From the NCBI GenBank assembly GCA_039795515.1, contig JBDKLR010000035.1, positions 1 to 59,738 on the forward strand: a stretch of 59,738 nucleotides of DNA, read 5' to 3'. Under the pieces are notes generated by a model. That model did no database searches and had not been told where the DNA came from. It saw nothing but the letters and a program-made list of their open reading frames with translations. This DNA is from Pseudomonadota bacterium. GTDB taxonomy: Bacteria > Pseudomonadota > Gammaproteobacteria > Burkholderiales > Burkholderiaceae_C. Made by a program: the position numbers and the translations under genes. This document shows positions 19,546-32,167 of the stretch, piece by piece. Within the stretch, counting starts at the first letter, position 1, and each line of letters begins with the position of its first letter.

Positions 19546-20081
19546 AACAACACCTCACGCAACAATCGTTCGTAGTGACCGCTGGCTTGTAACAGGACAT
19601 CACACACTTCACGCACCGCCCCTTGACCACCGGGTGTTTCGGTGACATGGTGTACGCGTGCCAACACTTCGGGGTGCGCCTGTGGAGGCGCAAACGACAG
19701 CGCAGCAGGCAAGAGCATGGGCAAGTCGGGCCAATCGTCGCCCATGGCTGCTGTTTGATGCCAGCTCAACCCCAAGGCGCGCAAACTCTCGAGGGCCGCG
19801 CTGTGCTTGTCTTCAACGCCAAAGTGCGCGTGTTCGATTTGCAAGGCCTGCAAACGCAAACGCAATGCGACGCTGTCACGGCCCGTGATGATGACCGGTT
19901 GGATGCCCGCACGCTGCAACAGTTTCAGGCCATGGCCATCCAGGGTGTTGAAGCGCTTGGTGGTTTCACCCGTCTCCGCAAAATACAGCCCGCCATCGGT
20001 CAGCACACCGTCCACGTCCAACAACAAGGCTTTGATGGCTTGGGCTTTGTCGAGCAATGCAGGGGGAAAGCGGTTGTGCAT
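19542..20081 (-). CDS. kdsC: KDO 8-phosphate phosphatase (HAD)
   Basis: LDVDGVLTDG, ITGR, GDDWPD, GGQGAVRE. Confidence 0.93.
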   Translation of the reverse strand: MHNRFPPALLDKAQAIKALLLDVDGVLTDGGLYFAETGETTKRFNTLDGHGLKLLQRAGIQPVIITGRDSVALRLRLQALQIEHAHFGVEDKHSAALESLRALGLSWHQTAAMGDDWPDLPMLLPAALSFAPPQAHPEVLARVHHVTETPGGQGAVREVCDVLLQASGHYERLLREVLL

Positions 20082-20083
20082 GG

Positions 20084-21073
20084 TCAGATCACCTTGGCGC
20101 GCATCAAGTCGTTGCTGTTGACAAAGCCAATCAGCTTGTCTTGTTCGTCCACCACCAACACGCTGGTGATGCGATGCTGCTCCATGATGTCCGCCACTTC
20201 CGCGGCCAGCACATGCGCGCGCACAGTCATGGGGTGAGGCTTCATCACTTGGGCTGCGGTCAACGTGCGCATGTCCACCCCTTTTTCGATCAAGCGGCGC
20301 AAGTCGCCGTCGGTGAAGATGCCCAGCACATGCTGTGACGGGTCCACAATGGCTGTGGCCCCCAAACCTTTGAGACTGATCTCGCGCAACATCTCGCTGA
20401 ACCCGCTGTCGGGCAGCACTTGGGGCACATCGTTGCCATGGCGCATGACGTCGCGGACATGGGTCAGCAAACGACGACCCAAGCTGCCACCGGGGTGCGA
20501 GCGTGCAAAGTCCTCGGCCTTGAAACCACGGGCATCCAGCAAGGCCACCGCCAACGCGTCGCCCAAAGCCAGTTGCACCGTGGTGCTGGCCGTGGGGGCC
20601 AAATTCAAAGGACAGGCTTCTTTTTCAACACTGCTGTCCAACACCCAGGTGGCGTGTTGCGCCAAGGTGGAACTGGTGTTGCCGGTGATGGCCACCAACA
20701 CAATGCCTTGGCGTTTGATGACAGGCAAGAGTGCCGACAATTCCTCACTCTCGCCGCTGTTGGACAAGGCGATGACCAAGTCCTCTTCGGTGACCATGCC
20801 CAGGTCGCCGTGACTGGCTTCGGCAGGGTGTACAAAAAAGGCAGGCGTGCCGGTGGACGCCAGCGTGGCCGCGATTTTTCGCCCGATGTGGCCACTCTTG
20901 CCCATGCCCATCACCACGACACGACCGCGCACCGACAACAAGGCTTGCAAAGCACCTAAAAACTGATCACCCAATCGAGTTTGCATTTGGTGAATGGCGG
21001 CGGCCTCGATGCTCAAGGTGTCGCGCGCCAACGCCAGCAAATGTGTTTCTTGTGTGGGTGTGAGCGTGGTCAT
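20084..21073 (-). CDS. kdsD: Arabinose 5-phosphate isomerase (KpsF/GutQ)
   Basis: GMGKSGHIGRK, HPAEASHGDLG, LAPTAST, HPGGSLG, CBS pair. Confidence 0.94.
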   Translation of the reverse strand: MTTLTPTQETHLLALARDTLSIEAAAIHQMQTRLGDQFLGALQALLSVRGRVVVMGMGKSGHIGRKIAATLASTGTPAFFVHPAEASHGDLGMVTEEDLVIALSNSGESEELSALLPVIKRQGIVLVAITGNTSSTLAQHATWVLDSSVEKEACPLNLAPTASTTVQLALGDALAVALLDARGFKAEDFARSHPGGSLGRRLLTHVRDVMRHGNDVPQVLPDSGFSEMLREISLKGLGATAIVDPSQHVLGIFTDGDLRRLIEKGVDMRTLTAAQVMKPHPMTVRAHVLAAEVADIMEQHRITSVLVVDEQDKLIGFVNSNDLMRAKVI

Positions 21074-21114
21074 GGCGGCTATTATGCTTTTCGAAATGTG
21101 CGCAATTGCTTGGG

Positions 21115-22542
21115 TTATTTGCCGATGCAAAAACTGGCAAATATTTCACCCAACAAGTCATCGGCGCTGAAAGCGCCCGTCAATCCCGACAAGGCTTGCT
21201 GTGCGAGTCGACATTCTTCGGCCAACAAATCCAAAGCAGGCGACTCGACATGCAACACCGATTGCGCTTGTTTCAAATGCTGCTGCACCTGCTGCAAAGC
21301 ATTCAGATGCCGTGCGCGCGCCGTGAACACGCCCTCTTGGGCACCGGACTGCCAACCAGCCAATTGCAAAATGCGTGCACGCAAGGTGTCCAAACCCAGG
21401 CCCGTTTTGGCCGACATGAACACCGCCTCTGCATCGTCGTTCATCGGTGCCGACAAGGTGTCGCATTTGTTGTGAACACGCAGCAAACGGGTTTGTGTGG
21501 GCATGGCTTGCAGCACATCTTGCTGCAAGCGGCTTTGTGCCTTGGCATATCCTGGGTCATGCGCACGGCTCAGATCGTTGAGCAGCAGCACCATGTCGGC
21601 CTGTTTGATTTGTGCCCACGCGCGTTCAATGCCGATTTGTTCAACCTCATCGGCCTCGCTCATGGCGCGCAAACCGGCCGTGTCGAGCACATGGATCGGC
21701 ACGCCTTCGATTTGAATCGATTGGCCCAGCACATCGCGCGTGGTGCCTGCGATCGGTGTGACGATGGCGAGTTCAGCGCCCGCCAAGGCATTGAGCAGCG
21801 AGCTTTTGCCGGCATTGGGTTGTCCAGCAATCACCAACTTCAAGCCGTCTCGCAACAACTGTCCTTGTTGGGCCTGCGCCAACAACTGCGAGGTGTGTGT
21901 CAACAAGGTTTGCAGTTGCTGCGCCACGCCCAATGAGGCGATGAAATCAATGTCTTCTTCTGGGAAATCCAAACACGCCTCGATCTGCATGCGCAAGTGC
22001 ACCAGGTCTTGCAGCAAAGCATTCACCTGGTCTGAGAAAACACCCTGCAAGGACCGCCCCGCACTGCGCACCGCGGCTTCGGTGTTGGCATCGATCAAAT
22101 CTGACACCGCCTCGGCCTGCGCCAAATCGATTTTCTGATTCAAGAAGGCGCGTTGGGTGAATTCACCCGGCATGGCTTGGCGCAAATGCGGCAACACGGG
22201 TTGTTGATCAGGGCCTGTTGATTGGGCCAAACCCAAACAACGCTGCATCACCATCTGCATCACCACAGGACCACCATGGCCTTGAAGCTCCAGCACGTCT
22301 TCGCCGGTGTAGCTGTGTGGTGCGGGAAAGTAAATCGCCAACACCTGGTCAATCGGTCTGGCTTGCTCGTCTTGCAAGGTGATCAGGTGCGCATGACGGG
22401 CCTGCAAGGATTGGCCGCACAGGGCATGGGCAAATGCGGCCAAGTGGCGGCCACTGATGCGCACCACCCCGACGGCGCCACGACCAGGTGCCGTGGCCAC
22501 CGCAATGATGGGGTCGTCGCGTTGCGCAAGCATGGGCGTCAC
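21115..22542 (-). CDS. mnmE: tRNA modification GTPase MnmE
   Basis: GQPNAGKSS, GTTRD, DTAG, NKCD, terminal FCIGK. Confidence 0.97.
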   Translation of the reverse strand: MTPMLAQRDDPIIAVATAPGRGAVGVVRISGRHLAAFAHALCGQSLQARHAHLITLQDEQARPIDQVLAIYFPAPHSYTGEDVLELQGHGGPVVMQMVMQRCLGLAQSTGPDQQPVLPHLRQAMPGEFTQRAFLNQKIDLAQAEAVSDLIDANTEAAVRSAGRSLQGVFSDQVNALLQDLVHLRMQIEACLDFPEEDIDFIASLGVAQQLQTLLTHTSQLLAQAQQGQLLRDGLKLVIAGQPNAGKSSLLNALAGAELAIVTPIAGTTRDVLGQSIQIEGVPIHVLDTAGLRAMSEADEVEQIGIERAWAQIKQADMVLLLNDLSRAHDPGYAKAQSRLQQDVLQAMPTQTRLLRVHNKCDTLSAPMNDDAEAVFMSAKTGLGLDTLRARILQLAGWQSGAQEGVFTARARHLNALQQVQQHLKQAQSVLHVESPALDLLAEECRLAQQALSGLTGAFSADDLLGEIFASFCIGK

Positions 22543-22564
22543 GCGCTCGGGTGGGATCGGCCGG

Positions 22565-24223
22565 TCAGTTCAAGCCGAGCTGCTTGTTGATCATCCATTG
22601 CTGGGCGATCGACAAAATATTGTTGGACAACCAGTACAGCACCAAGCCCGCAGGAAAGAAGAAGAACATGACGCTGAACGCCAGCGGCATGAACCACATC
22701 ATCTTGGCCTGGATCGGGTCCGGCGGTGTCGGGTTGAGCCAGGTTTGCAACATGGAGGTGGCGGTCATCAGCAAAGGCAAGATGAACCATGGATCAGGCG
22801 CTGCCAAATCGTGCACCCAGCCCACCCACGGCGCGTTGCGCATTTCCACCGAGGACAACAACACCCAATAAAGCGCAATGAAAAAAGGAATTTGAACCAG
22901 GATGGGCAAACAACCGCCCAAAGGATTCACTTTTTCCTCGCGGTAAATTTTCATCATCTCCATTTGCATTTGCTGCGGGTTGTCTTTCAAGCGCTCGCGC
23001 ATTTCCATGATCTTTGGATTGATGGCTTTCATCTTGCCCATGCTTCTGTAGGCTTGCGCGTTCAACCAGTAAAAAGCGGCTTTGAGCACCACGACCAGGG
23101 CGACGATCGACCAACCCCAATTGCCGATGAAACGATAGAGCTCATACAGCAACCAAAACAAAGGCTTGGACAAAATGGTCAACCAGCCATAGTCTTTCAC
23201 CAACTCCAAACCCGGGTAAGTGGCTTCCAGGTTTTTTTCTTCTTGTGGGCCGATGAACAAACGGGCGTTTTGACTCAACTGGCCACCGGCGGCGATCGTG
23301 GGCAGTGGCGCCACCATGCCCACGCTGTAAAGGTTGTTGTCGATTTTGCGAGCAAAGATGTCGCGTGCTTGCCCATCGTCGAGCAACCAGGCTGAGGCGA
23401 AATAGTGCTGCACCATGGCCACATAGCCTTGATTGGTCTGCTTTTCAAAATCGGCTTTGCCTTTTTCAATGTCGGCAAAGTCCACCTTTTGGTATTTCTT
23501 CTGACTGGTGTAAACCGCAGGGCCTGTGAAAGTGGAATAAAAAGCCGATTCACCTTCAAGCTTGTTGCCGTCGCGCAGCAACTGCACATACAACTGGGGT
23601 GCAATCGCGGCAGTAGAGGTGTTGAGGATGTCGTGTTGCACCGACACGGTGTAGCTGCCACGGTGGAAGGTGTAGGTTTTCACCAATTTCACACCGCCTG
23701 CTGCCGCCGATTCAAAACGCACGCTGAAACTGTCTTCGCCGTCTTTCAAGCCTTTGCTGCCAGAAAAGGACATGGGCGATTGATGGGTGGGCCAGGGGGC
23801 GTTGCTCGGGCCGCCGACCAAACCGGTTTGCGCCATGTAAACACGTTCTTTGCTGTCGTCCAGCAACACCACGTTTTGACCGGCGCGGTTGGCATCCGTG
23901 TGTTTCAGCAATTCGGCACGCACCAAGTTGCCACCCATTGTGTCAAACGTGACTTTCAACACATCGCTGACCACCTCGATGCGCTCGCTGGTCACAACAG
24001 TGCTGGGCGCTGCTTGCACCTGCGGCAACGCGGTGGTGTTGGTCGCCGGGGTGGGCAATGCCGCGGCGGGGTTGTTGGCTGTGCTGTCTGCTTTTTTCTC
24101 AGCCTTCACCGCGCTGGGGAAAAACGTGGGCATGCGCCCGTTGTGGAGTTGCCACTGATCCCACAGCATCACCAATGAAAAACCAAAAACTACCCAAAGG
24201 ATGGTGCGGCGAATATCGTTCAT
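22565..24223 (-). CDS. yidC: Membrane protein insertase YidC
   Basis: VQHYF, DYGWL, GNWGWSI, NPLGGCLP, PAGLVLYW. Confidence 0.97.
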   Translation of the reverse strand: MNDIRRTILWVVFGFSLVMLWDQWQLHNGRMPTFFPSAVKAEKKADSTANNPAAALPTPATNTTALPQVQAAPSTVVTSERIEVVSDVLKVTFDTMGGNLVRAELLKHTDANRAGQNVVLLDDSKERVYMAQTGLVGGPSNAPWPTHQSPMSFSGSKGLKDGEDSFSVRFESAAAGGVKLVKTYTFHRGSYTVSVQHDILNTSTAAIAPQLYVQLLRDGNKLEGESAFYSTFTGPAVYTSQKKYQKVDFADIEKGKADFEKQTNQGYVAMVQHYFASAWLLDDGQARDIFARKIDNNLYSVGMVAPLPTIAAGGQLSQNARLFIGPQEEKNLEATYPGLELVKDYGWLTILSKPLFWLLYELYRFIGNWGWSIVALVVVLKAAFYWLNAQAYRSMGKMKAINPKIMEMRERLKDNPQQMQMEMMKIYREEKVNPLGGCLPILVQIPFFIALYWVLLSSVEMRNAPWVGWVHDLAAPDPWFILPLLMTATSMLQTWLNPTPPDPIQAKMMWFMPLAFSVMFFFFPAGLVLYWLSNNILSIAQQWMINKQLGLN

Positions 24224-24498
24224 AAAGGAGGGGGCTGATGAGGGGAAAGGGGCTCGGTTTTGGAAAACCAACTCGAGGGAAACATGGATGGAACGGGATC
24301 ATGACCGCCATCGCACCATGGATGACAACGTGCCAAACGCTTCAGTGTCAGGTAACTGCCCGCAGCTGCGCCATGCATGGCCAAGGCCTGGATGGCATAA
24401 ACAGAACAAGTCGGCTCAAAACGGCATGAAGAGCCCAGCCAGGGGCTCAGAACCAAGCGGTAGGCTTTCACGATGGTGATCAGCAAACGCTGCATCAT
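24220..24498 (-). CDS. yidD: Membrane protein insertion efficiency factor
   Basis: CRFEPTCS, RCHPWCDGGHDPVP. Confidence 0.94.
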   Translation of the reverse strand: MMQRLLITIVKAYRLVLSPWLGSSCRFEPTCSVYAIQALAMHGAAAGSYLTLKRLARCHPWCDGGHDPVPSMFPSSWFSKTEPLSPHQPPPL

Positions 24499-24833
24499 TC
24501 TTGTTCCAGTTTGGCAAACAGCAAAAGCAACTCTTCTCGAACGACCGCGCGCAAGGCGCTGGAGGTGGCACTGACAAAATGCTGTCGATCAAATTCGCGG
24601 CGAAGGCGCACCACATGATCGGCTTGTGGCAACCCTTGCGCGGCGACGGCGTAGATCTGCCGCTTGATGGTGTTGCGCGTCACCGCTCGTTTGGCCAAGC
24701 GCTTGGGCACCACAGCACCTATGCGCGCGATCACCGCCGGTTTTTGCTGGTGCAGCGCAAAGTGAGGGGTTGTGGCCACCACACCTGCAGACATGACCGC
24801 ATCAAAATCTGCGCGCTGCGTGATTTTGTTCAC
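24495..24833 (-). CDS. rnpA: RNase P protein component
   Basis: KRAVTRNTIKR (RNR motif variant), position between rpmH and yidD, GTG start. Confidence 0.9.
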   Translation of the reverse strand: MNKITQRADFDAVMSAGVVATTPHFALHQQKPAVIARIGAVVPKRLAKRAVTRNTIKRQIYAVAAQGLPQADHVVRLRREFDRQHFVSATSSALRAVVREELLLLFAKLEQE

Positions 24834-24860
24834 GCCGCCATTCCGCTTGCGGAAATGCGG

Positions 24861-24995
24861 TCAGACAGCCAGGCGTTTACGGCCTTTGGCGCGACGCGCA
24901 TTGATGACCGCGCGGCCACCACGTGTTTTCATGCGGACCAAAAAGCCATGGGTGCGCGCACGGCGCGTTTTAGAGGGTTGGTAAGTGCGTTTCAT
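24861..24995 (-). CDS. rpmH: 50S ribosomal protein L34 (not in ORF track)
   Basis: Translates as [44 protein letters not shown]. Confidence 0.98.
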   Translation of the reverse strand: MKRTYQPSKTRRARTHGFLVRMKTRGGRAVINARRAKGRKRLAV

Positions 24996-25125
24996 GTGAA
25001 GTCTCTAATGTGTTCAGGGAAAACCCAAGATTATCCCTAATTTTCAAGCCTTTGTCCTTGGCTTTGACAGCAAATTCTGACCCGGCCTTCGATATTTTGT
25101 TTTTAGATGTGGGATTTTCTCAATC

Positions 25126-25183
25126 TGTGGATAATTTTTTGATAAAGTACGCCAAATGCGCGCTCATCCCGAATCTATCCACA
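25126..25183. promoter_or_regulatory. DnaA boxes in the dnaA promoter region
   Basis: TGTGGATAA 25126-25134 (perfect, reverse orientation) and CTATCCACA 25175-25183 (1 mismatch). Confidence 0.85.
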
Positions 25184-25208
25184 GTTTTGTCGGCCTTTTG
25201 GGCTTGTC

Positions 25209-26612
25209 ATGAGCAGCCACACCGTCCCTTCAGACCAAGCCGATGCCGGCCAGGCGCTGTGGCAGAGTTGCGTGGACCAGCTCGCGCAAGAATTGCCCGA
25301 ACAACAGTTCAACACCTGGATCAAACCCCTGCAAGCCACCGTTTCCGATGACTTTTCCAAAGTCACCGTGGTGGTGGGCAACCGGTTCAAGCTCGACTGG
25401 ATTCGCGCCCAATACGCCGGGAAAATCAGTGCTTTGCTGGCCCAGTTTTACGGGCAAACCGTCCTGTTGGAATTTGCCTTGGCCGCCAAAGAGGCGCCTG
25501 TGCGCACCGCCTTCAGCGTGGCGCAGTCCGAACCCGAAGATTTGCCATCCCCCAACAGCCCACTGAGCGCTGACGCGGGTCTCAACGGCTTCAAAAACAG
25601 GCTCAACAGCAGCCTTTGTTTCGACTCCTTGGTGGAAGGCACTGCCAACCGCATGGCGCGCGCTGCCGCCATGCACGTGGCCAATGTGCCGGGTCAGCTC
25701 TACAACCCTTTGTTCATCTATGGCGGCGTCGGCTTGGGCAAAACCCATTTGATGCACGCGGTGGGTAATCAATTGCTGCAAAACCGCCCCGAAGCCAAGG
25801 TGTTGTACATCCATGCCGAGCAATTTGTGTCCGATGTGGTCAAGGCTTATCAGCGCAAAACCTTCGATGAATTCAAGCACCATTACCACTCGCTGGATCT
25901 GCTGCTGATTGACGATGTGCAGTTTTTCGCCAATAAAGACCGCACCCAAGAAGAGTTTTTCAATGCCTTTGAGGCCTTGCTCGCCAAAAAGTCGCACATC
26001 GTGATGACCAGTGACACCTATCCCAAAGGACTCACCGACATTCACGAGCGCTTGGTGTCGCGTTTCGACTCTGGTTTGACAGTGGCCATTGAGCCACCAG
26101 AGTTGGAAATGCGGGTGGCGATTTTGATCAACAAGGCCCGCTCAGAGGGTGCGGAAATGCCCGAAGAAGTGGCGTTTTTCGTGGCCAAAAACGTGCGTTC
26201 CAACGTGCGTGAGCTCGAGGGCGCCTTGCGTAAAATTTTGGCCTATTCGCGCTTCAACCAAAAAGAGGTGTCGATCCAGTTGGCCCGAGACGCCCTGCGC
26301 GACCTGCTGTCGATCCAAAACCGCCAAATTTCAGTGGAAAACATCCAAAAAACCGTCGCCGACTATTACAAGATTAAGGTCGCCGACATGTATTCCAAGA
26401 AACGCCCGGCTTCGATTGCCCGGCCACGTCAAATCGCCATGTACCTGGCCAAAGAACTCACCCAAAAAAGCCTGCCCGAAATTGGCGAGCTGTTTGGGGG
26501 GCGTGACCACACCACCGTGCTGCACGCGGTTCGCAAAATTTCTGGCGAGCGCCAAACATTGAGCGAACTCAATCAGCAGTTGCACGTGCTTGAACAAACG
26601 CTCAAAGGATGA
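25209..26612 (+). CDS. dnaA: Chromosomal replication initiator DnaA
   Basis: [43 protein letters not shown]. Confidence 0.99.
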   Translation: MSSHTVPSDQADAGQALWQSCVDQLAQELPEQQFNTWIKPLQATVSDDFSKVTVVVGNRFKLDWIRAQYAGKISALLAQFYGQTVLLEFALAAKEAPVRTAFSVAQSEPEDLPSPNSPLSADAGLNGFKNRLNSSLCFDSLVEGTANRMARAAAMHVANVPGQLYNPLFIYGGVGLGKTHLMHAVGNQLLQNRPEAKVLYIHAEQFVSDVVKAYQRKTFDEFKHHYHSLDLLLIDDVQFFANKDRTQEEFFNAFEALLAKKSHIVMTSDTYPKGLTDIHERLVSRFDSGLTVAIEPPELEMRVAILINKARSEGAEMPEEVAFFVAKNVRSNVRELEGALRKILAYSRFNQKEVSIQLARDALRDLLSIQNRQISVENIQKTVADYYKIKVADMYSKKRPASIARPRQIAMYLAKELTQKSLPEIGELFGGRDHTTVLHAVRKISGERQTLSELNQQLHVLEQTLKG

Positions 26613-26854
26613 AAATGCCCTTGCTGCCGCCAAACCCTGTGAATAAAGCTGGCACAAGTGCTCGGTTATCCACAGGTGCAGCCGTATTGGGAAAGTTATC
26701 CAAGATGACGACCGCCCTGCGCCATGGCTTGCACACAGTGTTTGGCGGTCACCAAGTTGTTGAAATAACAGTAGAAAATAGCCTTGTCCACACAAAACGG
26801 CATGGCTTATCTACTACCACTATTGAAATATAAAGAAATCAAGAAGAGGATGAC
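26613..26854. other. oriC: Probable replication origin oriC
   Basis: DnaA boxes TGTGAATAA 26638, TTATCCACA 26666, TTGTCCACA 26784, weaker ones at 26696 and 26729. Then a GC patch, trio-like CTACTACCACTA 26811-26822, and an AT-rich tract. Confidence 0.78.
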
Positions 26855-27961
26855 ATGATTGTCTTGAAAGCCACCCAAGAGCACATTGTTGCAGCGCTGC
26901 AATCGGTTGCAGGCATTGTTGAACGTCGACACACCTTGCCCATCTTGGCCAATGTGATGATCAAAAAGACAGGCAGCAGTTTGCAATTGACCACCAGCGA
27001 TTTGGAAATTCAAATCCGCACTGAAGCGGCCCTGGGCGGTGACAGCGGCAACTTCAGCACCACCGTCGGTGCGCGCAAGTTGATGGACATTTTGAAGTCC
27101 ATGCCCAATGACCAAACCGTGAGTTTGGAATCCAATCAAAACAAATTGCTGCTCAAGAGCGGTAAAAGCCGCTTCACTTTGCAAACCTTGCCAGCTGAAG
27201 ATTTCCCCTTGGTGCAAGAGTCGGCCAGTTTCGGTCCGATGTTCAGCATTCCACAAAAAACCTTGAAAACCCTGCTGCAGCAAATTTCATTTGCCATGGC
27301 GGTGCACGATATTCGCTACTACCTCAACGGCATTTTGTTTGTCGCAGAAGGCAAGCAACTGAGCTTGGTGGCCACCGACGGCCACCGCTTGGCGTTCACG
27401 TCGGCCACGCTGGAAGTGGAAGTGCCCAAGCAAGAAGTGATCTTGCCGCGCAAAACCGTGTTGGAGTTGCTGCGCTTGTTGAGCGACAAAGAAGGCAATA
27501 TCGACATGCAATTTGCCAGCAACCAGGCCAAGTTTGCCTTCGATGGCAAAGAATTTGTCACCAAACTGGTCGAGGGCAAATTCCCTGATTACAACCGCGT
27601 CATTCCCAAGAGCCACAAAAACACGGTCACTTTGGGTCGTGCCGCATTGCTCACCACCTTGCAACGCACAGCCATTCTCACCAGCGACAAGTTCAAAGGG
27701 GTGCGCATCAACCTCGAACCCGGTTTGCTGCGTGTGGCTTCCAGCAATGCCGAGCAAGAAGAGGCGGTGGATGAAATCGAAATCGATTACGCCGGTGACG
27801 CGATTGAAATTGGTTTCAACGTGTCTTATCTGATCGACGTGTTGGTCAACATGACCGAAGACATGGTGCGCATGGACTTGGCAGATTCCAACAGCTCGGT
27901 GTTGGTGACCATTCCCGAGAACAACTTTTTCAAATACGTGGTCATGCCCATGCGCATTTGA
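26855..27961 (+). CDS. dnaN: DNA polymerase III beta clamp
   Basis: HTLPILAN, VATDGHRL, GKFPDY, terminal VVMPMRI. Confidence 0.99.
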   Translation: MIVLKATQEHIVAALQSVAGIVERRHTLPILANVMIKKTGSSLQLTTSDLEIQIRTEAALGGDSGNFSTTVGARKLMDILKSMPNDQTVSLESNQNKLLLKSGKSRFTLQTLPAEDFPLVQESASFGPMFSIPQKTLKTLLQQISFAMAVHDIRYYLNGILFVAEGKQLSLVATDGHRLAFTSATLEVEVPKQEVILPRKTVLELLRLLSDKEGNIDMQFASNQAKFAFDGKEFVTKLVEGKFPDYNRVIPKSHKNTVTLGRAALLTTLQRTAILTSDKFKGVRINLEPGLLRVASSNAEQEEAVDEIEIDYAGDAIEIGFNVSYLIDVLVNMTEDMVRMDLADSNSSVLVTIPENNFFKYVVMPMRI

Positions 27962-28015
27962 TGCGCATCAGCAGCCCCCTACTGGTTTGTTTTTTCGTGC
28001 TTTTGCACGTGATGA

Positions 28016-30589
<2,574 letters not shown>

Positions 30590-31297
30590 TCAAGGGGCCA
30601 GGCTGGCCCCTGACACGCCGTGGGTCCGCATGGCGTTCTGCACAAAGCCTTCTTCTTTGAGGCTTTGTAAACAAGCCTCCAACCATTGATGGGCTTGCGG
30701 CCCTCTGGATTTCGGGCAGGCCATGGCTTGCTGGATGGCCATGAACGCACCGGGCAACAAACGCAAACCACCATGAGTGGCCGCATCGGTCTCGAGCTGG
30801 TGCTTCACACCCGCCGCCACATCGTGACCGCCTTGCAAGAATGCAGGCACCACCGCTTTGGACGACTCAGCCCGCACCAAGGCGGCGTGTTGCAGATGGC
30901 GGCTCAAAAACAAATCGTAGGCGCTGCCCAAACCCACCACCACTTGCCGACCGGGTTGGTCCACCTCGGACATGTCGGTGATGGGCGAGTCTTGCTTCAC
31001 CAAATAGCAGCCTTCAATCAAGAGATAAGGCTTGGTGAAGGCGATGTGTGCCGCGCGCGAAGGATCGACCGCCAAAAACCCCAAGTCGACCTGGTCTTGT
31101 TCCAATGCTTGTACCGCTTCACGTGCGTTGTTCACGACCAGCAAACGGCACTCGGCTTGAAGGGTGCGCGCGATGTGCCGCGCCATGTCCACCGACACGC
31201 CTTGGGCGCTGTCGCCATCGGCTTGCGCCCGCAAGGGGTTGCCCAGGTTGATGACGCAGCGCAGCACTCCGGGGGGGGGGGTCAGTGGGTGGTGCAA
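30590..31297 (-). CDS. Family-3 (PBP2) substrate-binding domain protein, no obvious signal peptide
   Basis: GVLRCVINLGNP, GVSVD, FLAVDPSR, FTKPY, GSAYDLFL. The TTG start at 31297 is inferred and uncertain. Confidence 0.75.
   Translation of the reverse strand: MHHPLTPPPGVLRCVINLGNPLRAQADGDSAQGVSVDMARHIARTLQAECRLLVVNNAREAVQALEQDQVDLGFLAVDPSRAAHIAFTKPYLLIEGCYLVKQDSPITDMSEVDQPGRQVVVGLGSAYDLFLSRHLQHAALVRAESSKAVVPAFLQGGHDVAAGVKHQLETDAATHGGLRLLPGAFMAIQQAMACPKSRGPQAHQWLEACLQSLKEEGFVQNAMRTHGVSGASLAP
31271..31281. repeat. G11/C11 homopolymer
   Basis: 11 consecutive G on the + strand. Confidence 0.9.
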
Positions 31298-32061
31298 GTG
31301 CGGTAGCTGGGGTCGGTGCGGTCGAGTTTGCGCAGCAATGCGGGCCAGGCGATGCCTGGGCCTTGACCGGCGGTGGCGACTTTCATGACCTCGGCCATGT
31401 TGTCGGTGATGGCACTGGGGATCATGACCAGCGGCCCGCAGGCTTGTGCGGTTACTTGGATTTGACAAGCGCTTTCCAAGATGTACATGTTGAGGAACGC
31501 GTCGGCGGCGCTCTTGCCCGTGGTGAGCAAACCATGGTTGCGCAGGATCAGATATTTCTTGCTGCCAAGGTCGGCTTGCAGACGCGGGATTTCATCGCCA
31601 CGCAAGGCCAAGCCTTCGTAGTCGTGATAGGCCACGTTGTTGACGATGAAGGTCGACTGTTGGCTGATCGGCAACAAACCAGATTCGAGTGCACTGACCG
31701 CGACACCGGCGCGGGTGTGGGTGTGCATCACGCACTGCGCGTCGTGGCGCACCGCGTGGATCGCGCTGTGGATGGTGAAACCAGCGGGGTTGACCGGGAA
31801 GGTGCTGGGCAAGAGCTTGTTGCATGCCATGTCGACTTTCACCAAGCTGGAAGCGGTGATTTCATCGAACATCAAACCATAGGGGTTGATCAAAAACTGT
31901 GGTGAACCATCGGTGATGTTGTCGGGCAATTTCAAGCTGATGTGGGTGAACACCAAATCGCTCCAGCCATACATCGCGACGAGTCGGTAGGCGGCGGCCA
32001 GGTCGCAGCGCAATTGCCATTCTTCTTCGCTCACCAGTTCTTTCATCGAGGGGATGTGCAT
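31282..32061 (-). CDS. Class II aldolase/adducin family protein
   Basis: [37 protein letters not shown]. Confidence 0.92.
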   Translation of the reverse strand: MHIPSMKELVSEEEWQLRCDLAAAYRLVAMYGWSDLVFTHISLKLPDNITDGSPQFLINPYGLMFDEITASSLVKVDMACNKLLPSTFPVNPAGFTIHSAIHAVRHDAQCVMHTHTRAGVAVSALESGLLPISQQSTFIVNNVAYHDYEGLALRGDEIPRLQADLGSKKYLILRNHGLLTTGKSAADAFLNMYILESACQIQVTAQACGPLVMIPSAITDNMAEVMKVATAGQGPGIAWPALLRKLDRTDPSYRTCTTH

Positions 32062-32167
32062 GGGGTCTCCTGTGGTTGTGATGACGTTGTGTCCACGTGG
32101 CTTTGATTGTGTCACTGTCTGTATGAAAAAGCAGCCACTTAAAATAGGCGGTTTACAAAGGCGGCAA

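Noticed and set aside
18895-21073. lptC without adjacent lptA/lptB
   Set aside because: Probably a routine lineage rearrangement, with nothing anomalous in the genes themselves.
26609-26833. 74-aa ORF between dnaA and dnaN
   Set aside because: Overlies the DnaA box cluster and is better explained as oriC.
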